DNA of 64,000 nt from a virus (Duplodnaviria; Caudoviricetes). The stretch covers positions 1,558 to 65,557 of the IMG/VR virus record IMGVR_UViG_3300028045_000012; one strand, written 5' to 3'. The stretch's first letter is position 1. Every line of letters begins with the position of its first letter. This document shows positions 40,652 through 51,060 of this stretch, piece by piece. A program made the translations under genes and the position numbers. The notes under the pieces are model-generated. The model had not been told where the DNA came from, made no database searches, and saw only the letters and a program-made list of their open reading frames with translations.

Positions 40652-40708
40652 AACTTTTCACTGTCCAAGTTTATGTTTATTATTCTATTTATTAATAAAT
40701 ATGTGGTT

Positions 40709-40969
40709 TTATAATTTTAAGTCTTCAAACCAATCTTCTCCAATTATTTGTAGCATTTCTTTTTCTTCATTTGTTAATTCATTCATAATAATATCATTAT
40801 AATCATCTTTTTGAATTACTTTAAGAGCATAGTTATCAACATTAGGGTGTTTAATTGGTTCTCCATATTGTTGAGCAGTATATTTTACACTAGAAGAATT
40901 TAATGCATTATGCAATCTTACGGAAATATCTATAAGTATGTTTTCATCTGTATTTACTAAAGCTATCAT
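40709..40969 (-). CDS. Small hypothetical protein in the fibre cluster
   Basis: 86-aa ORF abutting a LamG-like gene. Confidence 0.6.
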   Translation of the reverse strand: MIALVNTDENILIDISVRLHNALNSSSVKYTAQQYGEPIKHPNVDNYALKVIQKDDYNDIIMNELTNEEKEMLQIIGEDWFEDLKL

Positions 40970-40971
40970 AT

Positions 40972-41700
40972 TTATATTCCGTATTTATTTGTTAAGTAGT
41001 TAGTTACAGTGGCAACTTCTGATGTAGATAATACTTTATCATAAACTATAAACTCACAAATGTTACCTATCATTGTTCCATTTAAAAGACCAACTTGGTC
41101 ACCTAAAATATGTTCTACATAAACAGTCCAATCTTCAACGTGGGCTTTATTTGCAAAAACTGTAGAAGAATCTACATAATAATCTATATCTGTTGCACTT
41201 TTATTAATACCTATAAAATGCGGTAGATTGTCTTGTGCTATTAATGTTTGTGTTTTTCCCATAAATTGGTCATAAAATACAATGTTATTTCCAAATACCC
41301 CTATTCTTTCAGAGTACAAAGCCATAAAAGGAGGAAAACTTCCATCAGTAGAAGCCCAATATGCACCACCATTTGTAAGGTTTGGTGGTGGTGCTGTTTG
41401 TTGGCCAACTACCCATACACTACCCTCATCAATAGAAAAAATAACTTGTGCTAATAATTCTAAAAAGGTTGTTCCATCTACAAAAACTCCAGGTAATCCA
41501 TTAATTAGACTTGCTTTATATTCGGGTTGTCTAATTGCAGTTGCTTGAACAAAATGATTATTATTACCACTTTGGTCTTGCCATTGATAAACGGCATCAC
41601 CATCTACAGGGTTTCCACCATTAACCCCAACATCCCCCTTTAACCATACCGTTAAATTTATTTCTGGAAATGAAAATCTTGGTCCTACTACTCCACTCAT
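40972..41700 (-). CDS. LamG/concanavalin A-like virion protein
   Basis: VWLKGD, WQDQSGNNNH, GNICEFIVYDKVLS, YLTNKYGI. Confidence 0.8.
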   Translation of the reverse strand: MSGVVGPRFSFPEINLTVWLKGDVGVNGGNPVDGDAVYQWQDQSGNNNHFVQATAIRQPEYKASLINGLPGVFVDGTTFLELLAQVIFSIDEGSVWVVGQQTAPPPNLTNGGAYWASTDGSFPPFMALYSERIGVFGNNIVFYDQFMGKTQTLIAQDNLPHFIGINKSATDIDYYVDSSTVFANKAHVEDWTVYVEHILGDQVGLLNGTMIGNICEFIVYDKVLSTSEVATVTNYLTNKYGI

Positions 41701-41703
41701 AAT

Positions 41704-41964
41704 TTAAGGTATTATATCATCTGATTGCCATTCTGGTGTTGACATCAACGCAACCATTTCATCATAATTATAAGGACCTTCAGTTGTTGTAAGTGTTAAA
41801 ACTGAAGGTGGAGTATCACCCTCCCATTTAACAAAAGTTTTTGTTAAATCAATAGATTTTCTAACGGTATTTATTGAAGTTTCTAAGACCTCATTAAAAT
41901 TTATTTTTTCCAATTCAGATACATTAAATATCATGAATGTTCTATGGTCATAAATGTGTGACAT
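41704..41964 (-). CDS. Small phage structural/accessory protein
   Basis: INFNEVLETS..VRKS..KTFVKWEG..GPY..EW pattern typical of small genes beside LamG fibres. Confidence 0.65.
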   Translation of the reverse strand: MSHIYDHRTFMIFNVSELEKINFNEVLETSINTVRKSIDLTKTFVKWEGDTPPSVLTLTTTEGPYNYDEMVALMSTPEWQSDDIIP

Positions 41965-41996
41965 AATTTTTTATTTATTAATAAATATAAATATTT

Positions 41997-42794
41997 TTAT
42001 TTAAATCTAGATTTCATTGTGTTATAATTTTGTAATACTTCTTCTTGTGTAAGAACTCTATCATAAACTAATGTTTGATAAATAGTTCCAGGAAAGGGGG
42101 AGGTAGGTATTGTCCCAGCTGCACCTATGTATCCATTAAGTGCAATTTTTGAAGTTGATGGTATAAATGTATTTGTTAAGGTACCAAAGGTTAGAACCAA
42201 CACGTTACTTTGCAATTTACCATCTATATAAAATGTTGGTCTATCTAACCCATCATTGGTGTTTATAGACCCATCAAAACAAACAGTTAAATTATGCAAT
42301 TTATTTACCTCTATAACATCACCATCACTTCTTACCAAACGCACTTGAGGTAAACTACCTATAAGTCCAGGAATAGTATAATGTGTAGATTCTATTCTTA
42401 CACCCCCATATGCGCCACCTCTATTTCTACAATTTAAATAAAGTTGCCGTTGATTTTCAACAGATGGTGCAAGTTTAGTAAAAAACATACGGTTCTCATC
42501 CTCTACCAATGAAATAAATTTTACCCAAGTTTGAACTGTATAAGTAGGACTTGTCCCAGCTATTACACCATTTAGTATATCTCCTAAATCTATTGTATCA
42601 TCTATACCATCAAATGATAAACCACCACCCCTATCTGACACATAAGATGTACCATTAATTAAATCACCATTATAATCGTTAATGGTCAAATCATTAATGG
42701 TGGTACTACTATTAAATAATGAATTTGGATTTGCACCATCATAATATAAAACCAAACCATCAGTAACTATTTTTGGTGAATACCTAAATGCCAT
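41997..42794 (-). CDS. LamG/concanavalin A-like virion protein
   Basis: PKIVTDGLVLYYDGAN, FDGIDD, VYDRVLTQEEVLQNYN..KSRF. Confidence 0.85.
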   Translation of the reverse strand: MAFRYSPKIVTDGLVLYYDGANPNSLFNSSTTINDLTINDYNGDLINGTSYVSDRGGGLSFDGIDDTIDLGDILNGVIAGTSPTYTVQTWVKFISLVEDENRMFFTKLAPSVENQRQLYLNCRNRGGAYGGVRIESTHYTIPGLIGSLPQVRLVRSDGDVIEVNKLHNLTVCFDGSINTNDGLDRPTFYIDGKLQSNVLVLTFGTLTNTFIPSTSKIALNGYIGAAGTIPTSPFPGTIYQTLVYDRVLTQEEVLQNYNTMKSRFK

Positions 42795-42795
42795 A

Positions 42796-45700
42796 TTATA
42801 TACTTCTTACTATTGTTTTTATTGTATAAGTTCCAGTGACTGCGGATACTGCTAAAATTGTACTACTACCAGATACCGAAACATTAAAGGTCACACCATT
42901 TGTACTACTACCAATATCATTTGTTGTAACCTCATTAAATTCTGCCGTTGTTCCACTCCATATTGACATAATATTACCAGACCTTGCACCACCATTACCC
43001 ACAAGTGTATAATCAAAAAATGCCCCCGTATATGCCGAAGTTGGTATTGAATAAATATTTGTTACCCCACTATTGGCGGTTGTTCTAACTGTCGTATTTA
43101 GAGATGGTGCCAAATATGTACCCATTAAGATTCTATCATCAGAAAATACTTCAAATATTGGTAAACCAGATATATTATTAACCGCAAATAAGGAACCTAT
43201 AAGGCTATCCGTAACCGTAAATAATTCACCACTTGAACCTTCAATTTTGAATATTGGATTTGTTGACCCCGAACCAATTAATGTTAGTATAGTATCAGTA
43301 TTGGCTGAAAGTACCGCAGAAGTACCTGTTAATCCCTTTACATTTGTATCACCAGTAACAACTAAGTTACCATTAACAGTAAACCCAGTTACACTATTAA
43401 TTGTTGCCGTTAAATCTGATTCACCTTCATTTCTTTCAAGTGTAAATGTATTCGCATCATTATATGTGAATCCAGTTACATATGTATTTGTGGTTGAAAT
43501 AGAACTTAAACTAATATTATAATTATTACCATCATTTCTATCAAATGTGATTAATTTAGTCCCATTATTATATGTTCCACCACTTGTAAATGTATCTTCA
43601 AATGGTAACGTTCTAGGGGTACCATCAGAATCTTTATAAAATAAACCTATAGTACCACTATTAGTATTATCTGTTGCCGAAATAGAAACAGTACCACCAG
43701 TTACATAAGTGTTAGTTAATCCAGTTATATTAAGGCTAACCGCATCATTTCTATCAAGGGTTATAATATTTGTAGAATCACTATATGTCCCACCTGTTAC
43801 AAATGTATTAGTGTCTGTTGGGATAGTAACATCAATTTTTATTTGATTTGAAGATGGGTTAGAAAGAGTTACATTTGTCCCACCAGATAATTTAAATATT
43901 TCAGACCCATCATTTCTTGTTAATGTACCCTCATTACTTGTAAATGTTGTTCCAGTAACAAATGTATCGGTAACCCCAGTTACATTAAATGTGTCACCAC
44001 TATTATTATTAAATGTTATAATATCTGTATTGGTATTATACGTACCACCTGTTACAAATGTATTTTCAGATGATGGCACTGCAACATCAATTTTTTGTAC
44101 ATTACCAACTTGAGTGATTGTTGTATTTGAACCACCAGATATTGTATTAAATATTAGAGTTGTTCCAGATTTCCCACTAAATATTTCATTGCCACCACCT
44201 AAGTTTATACCATTTTCTACCTTAGTGTTAAGTATTGTTTGTGTATTACCAGTATATGTGTTAAATAAAGATAGATTAGTTTTACCACTTAAAACGGGGG
44301 TTAAATCAACAGTTAATGTTGGTTCACTTTGGTTTCTTTCAAGTTCTATAATATCACCATTAAGTGTTGAGGCAGTAAGAAATGTATCGGTAAACCCTGT
44401 TAAAAACCCACATACATCAAAAGTAGTTCCACTATTAGTGATGAACGTAACACAACCATTAGAAGGGTTATATGTACCACCAGTTACATTTATATCGTTA
44501 TCAGAAAATAAAGATGAAGAATTAGATACTGTAAATGTACCACCACTATTATTTGTAAAATTAAGAGTTGATGTCGAAACATCTGCATTTCCACTAACCA
44601 CATAGGTATCTGCGGATAGTGAAGATAAGTTTACGTTAATTATATTCCCATCATTCCTTGTTGATGATAATACATATGATGAATTATTAAAAGTTTGACC
44701 AGTTAAAAATGTATTAGTAATACCTGTTATATTGAAAGAACCATTTTGTCTATCTAATGTTAATGTATCTGTTGAATCATTAAATGTACCACCAGTCACA
44801 TAGTTATCTACTGTAGAAATACCCGTTAAATTAGAACCATCACCATAAAAAGTAGTCGCAGATAATGAACCATTAACAGTAAGACCTGTAAAGTCATTAA
44901 TAAATGTACTAATATCAGATAAATTATTATTTCTTTTTAAGGATAATAAATTATTAGTAAATGTTGATCCGGTTACAAAACTATTAGTGTTATCTAATAA
45001 TTCTGATACATTAACAGTAAACGGTGAAAACCCACTATTACCTGAAAAATCAATAGATGTAGTACCACTAACATAAGTCCCACCCGTAACAAAAGTATTT
45101 GAGATCCCTGATATATTTACATTACCACCATCATTTCTAATTAACGATAATGTGTCTGTAGAATCATTGAATGTTCCACCAGTGACAAATGTGTTGGTAT
45201 CAGGTGGTATTGAAACATCAATTCTTTGTACATTACCAACTTGAGTGATTGTTGTATTAGATCCTCCTGATATTGTTCTAAATATTAGAGTTGTTCCAGA
45301 TTTCCCACTAAATATTTCATTTGAACCGCCAACATTTAAACCATTTTCAACTTTAGTGGTAAGGGTGTTTTGTAGGTTGGTAACACCTGAAATTGGGATA
45401 TTAAATAATCCAATACCATCACCATTAAAAGTGTTTGCCGATAAAATACCATTAATTGTAAGACCAGTAAAATTATTTATAGTTGTGTTTAATATTAAAC
45501 CATCATTTCTAATGATACTTAAAATGTTGGCATCATTATATGTAAACCCAGTAACTGTAGTAGTGGCACCACTAATGATACTACTTACAGTTCTATATTC
45601 TACTAACCCAGTTGAATTGTTTCTTACTAAAACTTGTTCTAAACCACTATTTTCAGTTATTGAACTAAAAGTTAAACCACTTAAAATAATTAAATTATCA

Positions 45701-45939
45701 TTAACATTAATTGGTGAACAACCATATATATTAGAAGTATATATACCTGTACACGCAGAAAGGGTTGTTGCGACAATATTATTAGTGTTTAGTAAATTAC
45801 TATGTATTGTTAGTGTATTACCAGTACAATTATATATATTGTTAGTATAAAATCCAGTACAGGCACTAAGGATATCAAAAGTATCACTACTCTGTACTAT
45901 ATAATTTTTTCTTATGTTTGAGTTATCACAACTACTCAT
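42796..45939 (-). CDS. Long tail fibre-like protein with repeated modules
   Basis: 1047 aa; many TFVTGGT(F/Y)...L.RND modules; C-terminal EGSSGELFTVTDSLIGSLFAVNNISGLP. Confidence 0.75.
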   Translation of the reverse strand: MSSCDNSNIRKNYIVQSSDTFDILSACTGFYTNNIYNCTGNTLTIHSNLLNTNNIVATTLSACTGIYTSNIYGCSPINVNDNLIILSGLTFSSITENSGLEQVLVRNNSTGLVEYRTVSSIISGATTTVTGFTYNDANILSIIRNDGLILNTTINNFTGLTINGILSANTFNGDGIGLFNIPISGVTNLQNTLTTKVENGLNVGGSNEIFSGKSGTTLIFRTISGGSNTTITQVGNVQRIDVSIPPDTNTFVTGGTFNDSTDTLSLIRNDGGNVNISGISNTFVTGGTYVSGTTSIDFSGNSGFSPFTVNVSELLDNTNSFVTGSTFTNNLLSLKRNNNLSDISTFINDFTGLTVNGSLSATTFYGDGSNLTGISTVDNYVTGGTFNDSTDTLTLDRQNGSFNITGITNTFLTGQTFNNSSYVLSSTRNDGNIINVNLSSLSADTYVVSGNADVSTSTLNFTNNSGGTFTVSNSSSLFSDNDINVTGGTYNPSNGCVTFITNSGTTFDVCGFLTGFTDTFLTASTLNGDIIELERNQSEPTLTVDLTPVLSGKTNLSLFNTYTGNTQTILNTKVENGINLGGGNEIFSGKSGTTLIFNTISGGSNTTITQVGNVQKIDVAVPSSENTFVTGGTYNTNTDIITFNNNSGDTFNVTGVTDTFVTGTTFTSNEGTLTRNDGSEIFKLSGGTNVTLSNPSSNQIKIDVTIPTDTNTFVTGGTYSDSTNIITLDRNDAVSLNITGLTNTYVTGGTVSISATDNTNSGTIGLFYKDSDGTPRTLPFEDTFTSGGTYNNGTKLITFDRNDGNNYNISLSSISTTNTYVTGFTYNDANTFTLERNEGESDLTATINSVTGFTVNGNLVVTGDTNVKGLTGTSAVLSANTDTILTLIGSGSTNPIFKIEGSSGELFTVTDSLIGSLFAVNNISGLPIFEVFSDDRILMGTYLAPSLNTTVRTTANSGVTNIYSIPTSAYTGAFFDYTLVGNGGARSGNIMSIWSGTTAEFNEVTTNDIGSSTNGVTFNVSVSGSSTILAVSAVTGTYTIKTIVRSI

Positions 45940-46967
45940 ATTATAATACCACTTATTTGAATTTCTGACGATAAATTAACATTAGTTTTATTAACTTTAA
46001 TATATAATTCATCACCGTTATTAACTGTAAATGGTAAAGTAACTGTAGTACCATTTATTTTAAATATATGGGAAACACTATTACTACTATTAATAGTGGA
46101 ATATGTTGCATTTATTTCAATAGGTATCTTCACATTACTTACACCATTATTAAATATAACACTTATACAAATACCCTTATTTTGGTCATCTACATTAACC
46201 TGATATGTTGCCCTATATAGTTCTTCACTTATTTCATAAAAATTAATACCTCTACTAATTGCCGGGGTTATAATAAAATCATCTTCATCTAATAAATAAC
46301 CTAACATTTTTATTGTAAACAATTGTACATAATATTTTCTTTCATCAATATTAGATATCACACTTTCGTCACCAATACTATCTAAAATCAATGGTATTGG
46401 GTGGCCATTCACTCTTATATATTTTTCTAAAGATGAAAATGAAGTTAACATTTTTCTATTAATTTTATTTAAATCTCTCATTCTGTTACAAAAAAGTCTT
46501 ACTTCATAAATAATGTCAACGGAAACTGGTTGTGGTATTTTATAAATATCGTAACCATTTCTATTACCATCCCATGTAGGGATTTTCATATATGTAAATG
46601 TTGGTCTACCTGGTATATTAAAACTACCTGCATAATTTGTACCTTGTTGGGCATCAGGTTTTCTAACTATAGTAATAAAAGGTATTTTTATATTTTTATC
46701 TATATCAGAATACTCCCATGTTTTTGAAAATTCCGCCCACCTTTGGGCACTTAAAAAAATAACAGGAACTTTTTCTCCTGCCAATGATAGGTCAACGTCA
46801 TTTTCCACGAAATTTATTAATTCACCATCCATATCTTCATGTAAGATACCTTTTGGTAAATATGTACCTTTGTTGGCAATGTCATCCAAGATACTTTGTC
46901 GTTGTTCAAACCCTTGTTTATGGGGTGTGATATTTAAATTTTTCCTATAATTTTTTGGTAAACCCAT
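45936..46967 (-). CDS. Tail terminator / completion protein (gp15-like)
   Basis: KVPVIF..QRW, IPFITIVR, PQPVSVDIIYEV; adjacent to neck gene. Confidence 0.65.
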   Translation of the reverse strand: MGLPKNYRKNLNITPHKQGFEQRQSILDDIANKGTYLPKGILHEDMDGELINFVENDVDLSLAGEKVPVIFLSAQRWAEFSKTWEYSDIDKNIKIPFITIVRKPDAQQGTNYAGSFNIPGRPTFTYMKIPTWDGNRNGYDIYKIPQPVSVDIIYEVRLFCNRMRDLNKINRKMLTSFSSLEKYIRVNGHPIPLILDSIGDESVISNIDERKYYVQLFTIKMLGYLLDEDDFIITPAISRGINFYEISEELYRATYQVNVDDQNKGICISVIFNNGVSNVKIPIEINATYSTINSSNSVSHIFKINGTTVTLPFTVNNGDELYIKVNKTNVNLSSEIQISGIII

Positions 46968-46969
46968 AG

Positions 46970-47491
46970 TTAATATCCGTTAAATTCATCTAAATCAGTA
47001 GGGGTACATGTTATTGTTCTATAAAATCCTTTATAACCACCAATAGTATGTGCGTTATCAGAAAATATTTTCCCATTATTTGTTACTGTATAATATTTTA
47101 TTTCATGTTCATTTTCATTATAACCAATATAGTCACCATAGTTAATATCCACCTCTAATTCATTTAAAGTATCCTGGTAAACACCTAAAGTAATATTACC
47201 ACTTTCTAAATACCTTAAAGAACCTTCAGTATTATAATTTTTATTAGTTGGTGAGGCCAAATTAAAACTCACAGGTATTTCTACTGGTGGTTTAAATCTT
47301 ATACCATTTTTAATAGTTTCACCATATATATCATCTTCTGTAGTTTCAACTCTATCAACTTGAAATAATATTACTTTTATATTTATATCGCCTTCTAACC
47401 ATTCTCTACCGAATTCAATTTCAAGGTTGAAATCATCTTGTGAAAAAAATTTGTTTAGTCTTTCTATTGGTACTATTTTTTTATTAGACAT
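46970..47491 (-). CDS. Head closure / neck protein (gp14-like)
   Basis: DDIYGE, FKPPVEI, INYGDYI, YYTV. Confidence 0.6.
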   Translation of the reverse strand: MSNKKIVPIERLNKFFSQDDFNLEIEFGREWLEGDINIKVILFQVDRVETTEDDIYGETIKNGIRFKPPVEIPVSFNLASPTNKNYNTEGSLRYLESGNITLGVYQDTLNELEVDINYGDYIGYNENEHEIKYYTVTNNGKIFSDNAHTIGGYKGFYRTITCTPTDLDEFNGY

Positions 47492-47546
47492 AATCTTTTA
47501 TAGATAAATATTTCTTTTTAAGAAAAAAATTGTTATTATTATAATT

Positions 47547-50450
47547 ATGTTAGATTTAAAAGATATTAATAATTTAAATAGTGAAACTTTATTAGAAAGT
47601 TATAAAGGTAAAAACCCTTACATAGTTTACATGAAAAAAAAATTATGTGAGGATAAGAAATATATTTTAACTAATAATCAATTAAGTTATGTAAGAAAAT
47701 ATTATAATTTTGAACCTAAAGAACTTAATAAAGTAATAGAATTAACAAATTATTTTAGTGAAGAACTAAAAGAAAAATACAAATTAAAATCCCCACCTAA
47801 AAAAATATTAATAGAAACATTATTGGCAGAATCTGATAAGGCAATGCATGTTTTATGTAAATTTTATCAAAACCAAAAAGGTGTTAAATTAGTATGGATC
47901 CCAAAAACACAATTATTAGATGACATATATTATGAGGAAATCAATGTAGATGTAGATTTTGACTATTATCAAAGAATAGATAAAAGAGGTTGGAAGGCAT
48001 TTAAACATCAAGAAGAAGGGATTAAATTTTTATTGAAAAATAAAAAGTGTATTTTGGCCGATGATATGGGACTTGGGAAATGTTTAGAGGTTGATGAATT
48101 GGTGTACACACCAAATGGTTTAATAAGGATTGGTGACATTAAAATAGGTGATTATGTAATTGGGTCTAATGGTAAAAAAACTAAAGTACTTAGTGTATAC
48201 CCACAAAAAAATAAGAAAAAAATATTTAAAATAACTTTTAATGATGGTTATAGTCTATTAGTTACTGAAGATCATTTATGGGATGTTATGAGTTGTAACA
48301 ACTCAAATAATAGAAATAATGGTAGAAATAAAAGACATTTATTGTTAACCACAAAACAAATGTTAGATGGTAATGGTGAAGTAGAGATTAAAGGTAGTGG
48401 TTCTAATAAAAATAGAGTTTATAAAGTAAAAACATATTATAAACAAAAAAATGGTACATTAAAATGGCAAATACCGTTACTAAGTGAACCTATTCATTTT
48501 GAAAATAAGAAAAAATTATTAATAGATCCTTATTTATTAGGAGTTTGTCTTGGCGATGGACATATAAAAGAAAAATCTGTAAGACTTGAAGTTCATAAAG
48601 ATGATTTTGAAGAAATTTTTAAAGGACAAATAATAAAAGAGAATAAGTCAAAACCTAATACAAGGAGATGTACTATTAAGGTAGGTGAATCAATTAAAAA
48701 ATTAAAATTAAATAATAGTAGATCATATAATAAATTTATACCTAATGTTTATAAATATTCTTCTATTAAAAATAGGTTGTCTATACTTCAAGGTCTGATG
48801 GATACAGATGGACATTGTTGTAAACCAATAGATGGTAATTTTCGTGGTACAAAATTCTGTTCTATTTCTGAAAAACTAGTTGATGATGTTGCAGAAATTG
48901 TACATAGTTTAGGTGGTATAGTGAAAAAAAATAGTTGGATACCTACATATACGTATAAAAATGAAAAGAAAAAAGGTAAGAGGGCGTATTCTTTATACAT
49001 TAAATTACCTGATGGAATGAATCCTTTTAGACTGAAAAGAAAGTCTAATTTATATAATTCTCCTAAAAAATATAAAGTTGGTAGATATATAAAAAGTATT
49101 GATTATGTAAGAGAAGGTGATTCTGTATGTATCTCTGTTGATTCTGATGATCACTTATTTGTTGCAAAACATGGTATAGTTACACATAACACATACCAGT
49201 CAATAACTGCATCATTAGAAAGTGATGCGAATAGAATATTAGTAGTTTGTCCTTCATCATTAAAAATAAATTGGATGAGAGAAATAGAAAATTTCACTGA
49301 TGATGTGTCAATAATAAATGGATCACATTGGGACCCTTCCCGGTTTACTATAATAAATTATGAAATATTAAAAAAATTCCATACAATAAAAGAAAAAAAT
49401 AAAGAATATGAGGACTGGGAACTTAGGAGAGAGATTGTTGAATATAATCCAGATATAATAATATTAGACGAGGCACATTATGTTAAAAACCATAAAAGTA
49501 ATAGGGGTAAAATAATAATAGATATCGTGAAAAATTATGGTACTGAGAAGGTATGGTTGTTAACTGGGACACCTATTGCAAATAGACCTATGGATTACTA
49601 TAACCTTTTATCAATTATAGATTCACCTGTTACAAATAATTGGGTACATTTTGCAAAAACATATTGTGAAGGTAAAAGGTTTAGAAAAGGTAAAAAATAT
49701 ATATGGGTAACTAAGGGGGCATCTAATCTTGAGGAATTGTCTGCAAAAACAAGAAAAACTATATTACGTAGGAAAAAGGAAGATGTGTTAGATTTACCTG
49801 AAAAATTAGTAACACCAGTTTATTTAGAACTTAAAAATGTTGACCAATATAAAAGTGTGTGGGATGATTATCTATTAAAACGTAAAGAAGAAGGGAAAAG
49901 GGGGAATCCTGCAAGGGATTTAGTAGAAATGACTTTATTGCGAACATTTATTTCTATGGAAACTGTACCGTATTCAATAGAAAAGGCAGAAGAGGCTTTA
50001 GAATTAGGTAAAAAAGTTATAATATTTTGTAATTTTAATGATGAAATGGATGCATTTATAACTCATTTTGGTGATAAATCTGTTTGTGTAAGGGGTGGAA
50101 TGAGTAATAAACAAAAACAAATTTCTGTTGATAAATTTCAAGAAGATAAAAATTGTATGGTTTTTATTGGTCAAATAAAGGCTGCGGGTGTTGGTTTAAC
50201 ACTAACAGAGGGTGAAATTGTTATTATGAATTCTTTAGATTGGGTTCCTGGTACACATGAACAGGCAGAAGATAGGGCATATAGGATAGGACAAAACAAA
50301 ACTGTTAATATTTATTATATGTTAATAGATAAAACTATTGACACATTGATTTGGAAAATTTTACAAAATAAAAAGAAAATCATTGGAACTATAATAGGTG
50401 AAGATGAAATTATAACAGAATTTATAAATGAAACAAAAAATGAAAGTTAA
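47547..50450 (+). CDS. SNF2-family helicase containing an intein
   Basis: LADDMGLGK|T, CPSSL, DEAH, LTGTP, GVGLTL, QAEDRAYRIGQ. Confidence 0.93.
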   Translation: MLDLKDINNLNSETLLESYKGKNPYIVYMKKKLCEDKKYILTNNQLSYVRKYYNFEPKELNKVIELTNYFSEELKEKYKLKSPPKKILIETLLAESDKAMHVLCKFYQNQKGVKLVWIPKTQLLDDIYYEEINVDVDFDYYQRIDKRGWKAFKHQEEGIKFLLKNKKCILADDMGLGKCLEVDELVYTPNGLIRIGDIKIGDYVIGSNGKKTKVLSVYPQKNKKKIFKITFNDGYSLLVTEDHLWDVMSCNNSNNRNNGRNKRHLLLTTKQMLDGNGEVEIKGSGSNKNRVYKVKTYYKQKNGTLKWQIPLLSEPIHFENKKKLLIDPYLLGVCLGDGHIKEKSVRLEVHKDDFEEIFKGQIIKENKSKPNTRRCTIKVGESIKKLKLNNSRSYNKFIPNVYKYSSIKNRLSILQGLMDTDGHCCKPIDGNFRGTKFCSISEKLVDDVAEIVHSLGGIVKKNSWIPTYTYKNEKKKGKRAYSLYIKLPDGMNPFRLKRKSNLYNSPKKYKVGRYIKSIDYVREGDSVCISVDSDDHLFVAKHGIVTHNTYQSITASLESDANRILVVCPSSLKINWMREIENFTDDVSIINGSHWDPSRFTIINYEILKKFHTIKEKNKEYEDWELRREIVEYNPDIIILDEAHYVKNHKSNRGKIIIDIVKNYGTEKVWLLTGTPIANRPMDYYNLLSIIDSPVTNNWVHFAKTYCEGKRFRKGKKYIWVTKGASNLEELSAKTRKTILRRKKEDVLDLPEKLVTPVYLELKNVDQYKSVWDDYLLKRKEEGKRGNPARDLVEMTLLRTFISMETVPYSIEKAEEALELGKKVIIFCNFNDEMDAFITHFGDKSVCVRGGMSNKQKQISVDKFQEDKNCMVFIGQIKAAGVGLTLTEGEIVIMNSLDWVPGTHEQAEDRAYRIGQNKTVNIYYMLIDKTIDTLIWKILQNKKKIIGTIIGEDEIITEFINETKNES
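48081..49190 (+). mobile_element. Intein (370 aa) with LAGLIDADG homing endonuclease
   Basis: Begins CLEVD after GLGK, ends VTHN before Thr; block B TEDH; LLGVCLGDG and LQGLMDTDG. Confidence 0.95.
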
Positions 50451-50697
50451 AGTATTTTCTATGAAGGGTTGTTCACATTGTGATGAATTAAAAAAACAGT
50501 TAAATGAAAATAAAATAAATTTCATTGAATTGGATGTTGATGAACATGAAGAGTTATATGAAAGTTTTTCAAAAAAAGTGGAGAATGAATTTTTACCTGC
50601 AATTATTATAGGTAAGACAGTATTTGTCCCTAATAAGTCATTTAAAACTATAACTGAGGCGGTGGGACATGTTAAAACTCACCTGTTGGGGCCTTAG
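50428..50697 (+). CDS. Glutaredoxin-like protein
   Basis: CSHC redox motif, LPAIII; true start may be 50440. Confidence 0.85.
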   Translation: MKQKMKVKVFSMKGCSHCDELKKQLNENKINFIELDVDEHEELYESFSKKVENEFLPAIIIGKTVFVPNKSFKTITEAVGHVKTHLLGP

Positions 50698-51034
50698 GAC
50701 CATCACCATTAAGGTTAAAATTTTGGTTATCTACATCATGTTTATCAATCATATTACCTAAAACATTAATGATATTATCAAATCTATCATCTTTTTTAGT
50801 GGAATACCCTAGTTGTCTACCACCATTACTTAAAAGAGATAATCTTACTTCATCTAAGACTTTTTTTATTTCATCATTTTCTACATATTGTAACGCAGAT
50901 TCAATATATCTTAAACCATTCACTAAACTTTCCATACCTTTATGTGATAATGAAATTGCGATTTCATCTTTAGATTTATTTTTACCTTCTTTTAAAATTT
51001 TTTTAAGTTGACTTTCTGTTATAATAATTTTCAT
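50672..51034 (-). CDS. Leader-bearing hypothetical protein
   Basis: MKIIITESQLKKILKE leader, like 24802..26256. Confidence 0.7.
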   Translation of the reverse strand: MKIIITESQLKKILKEGKNKSKDEIAISLSHKGMESLVNGLRYIESALQYVENDEIKKVLDEVRLSLLSNGGRQLGYSTKKDDRFDNIINVLGNMIDKHDVDNQNFNLNGDGPKAPTGEF

Positions 51035-51060
51035 ATTGTTTATTTTTTTTTTTGTAAGTA

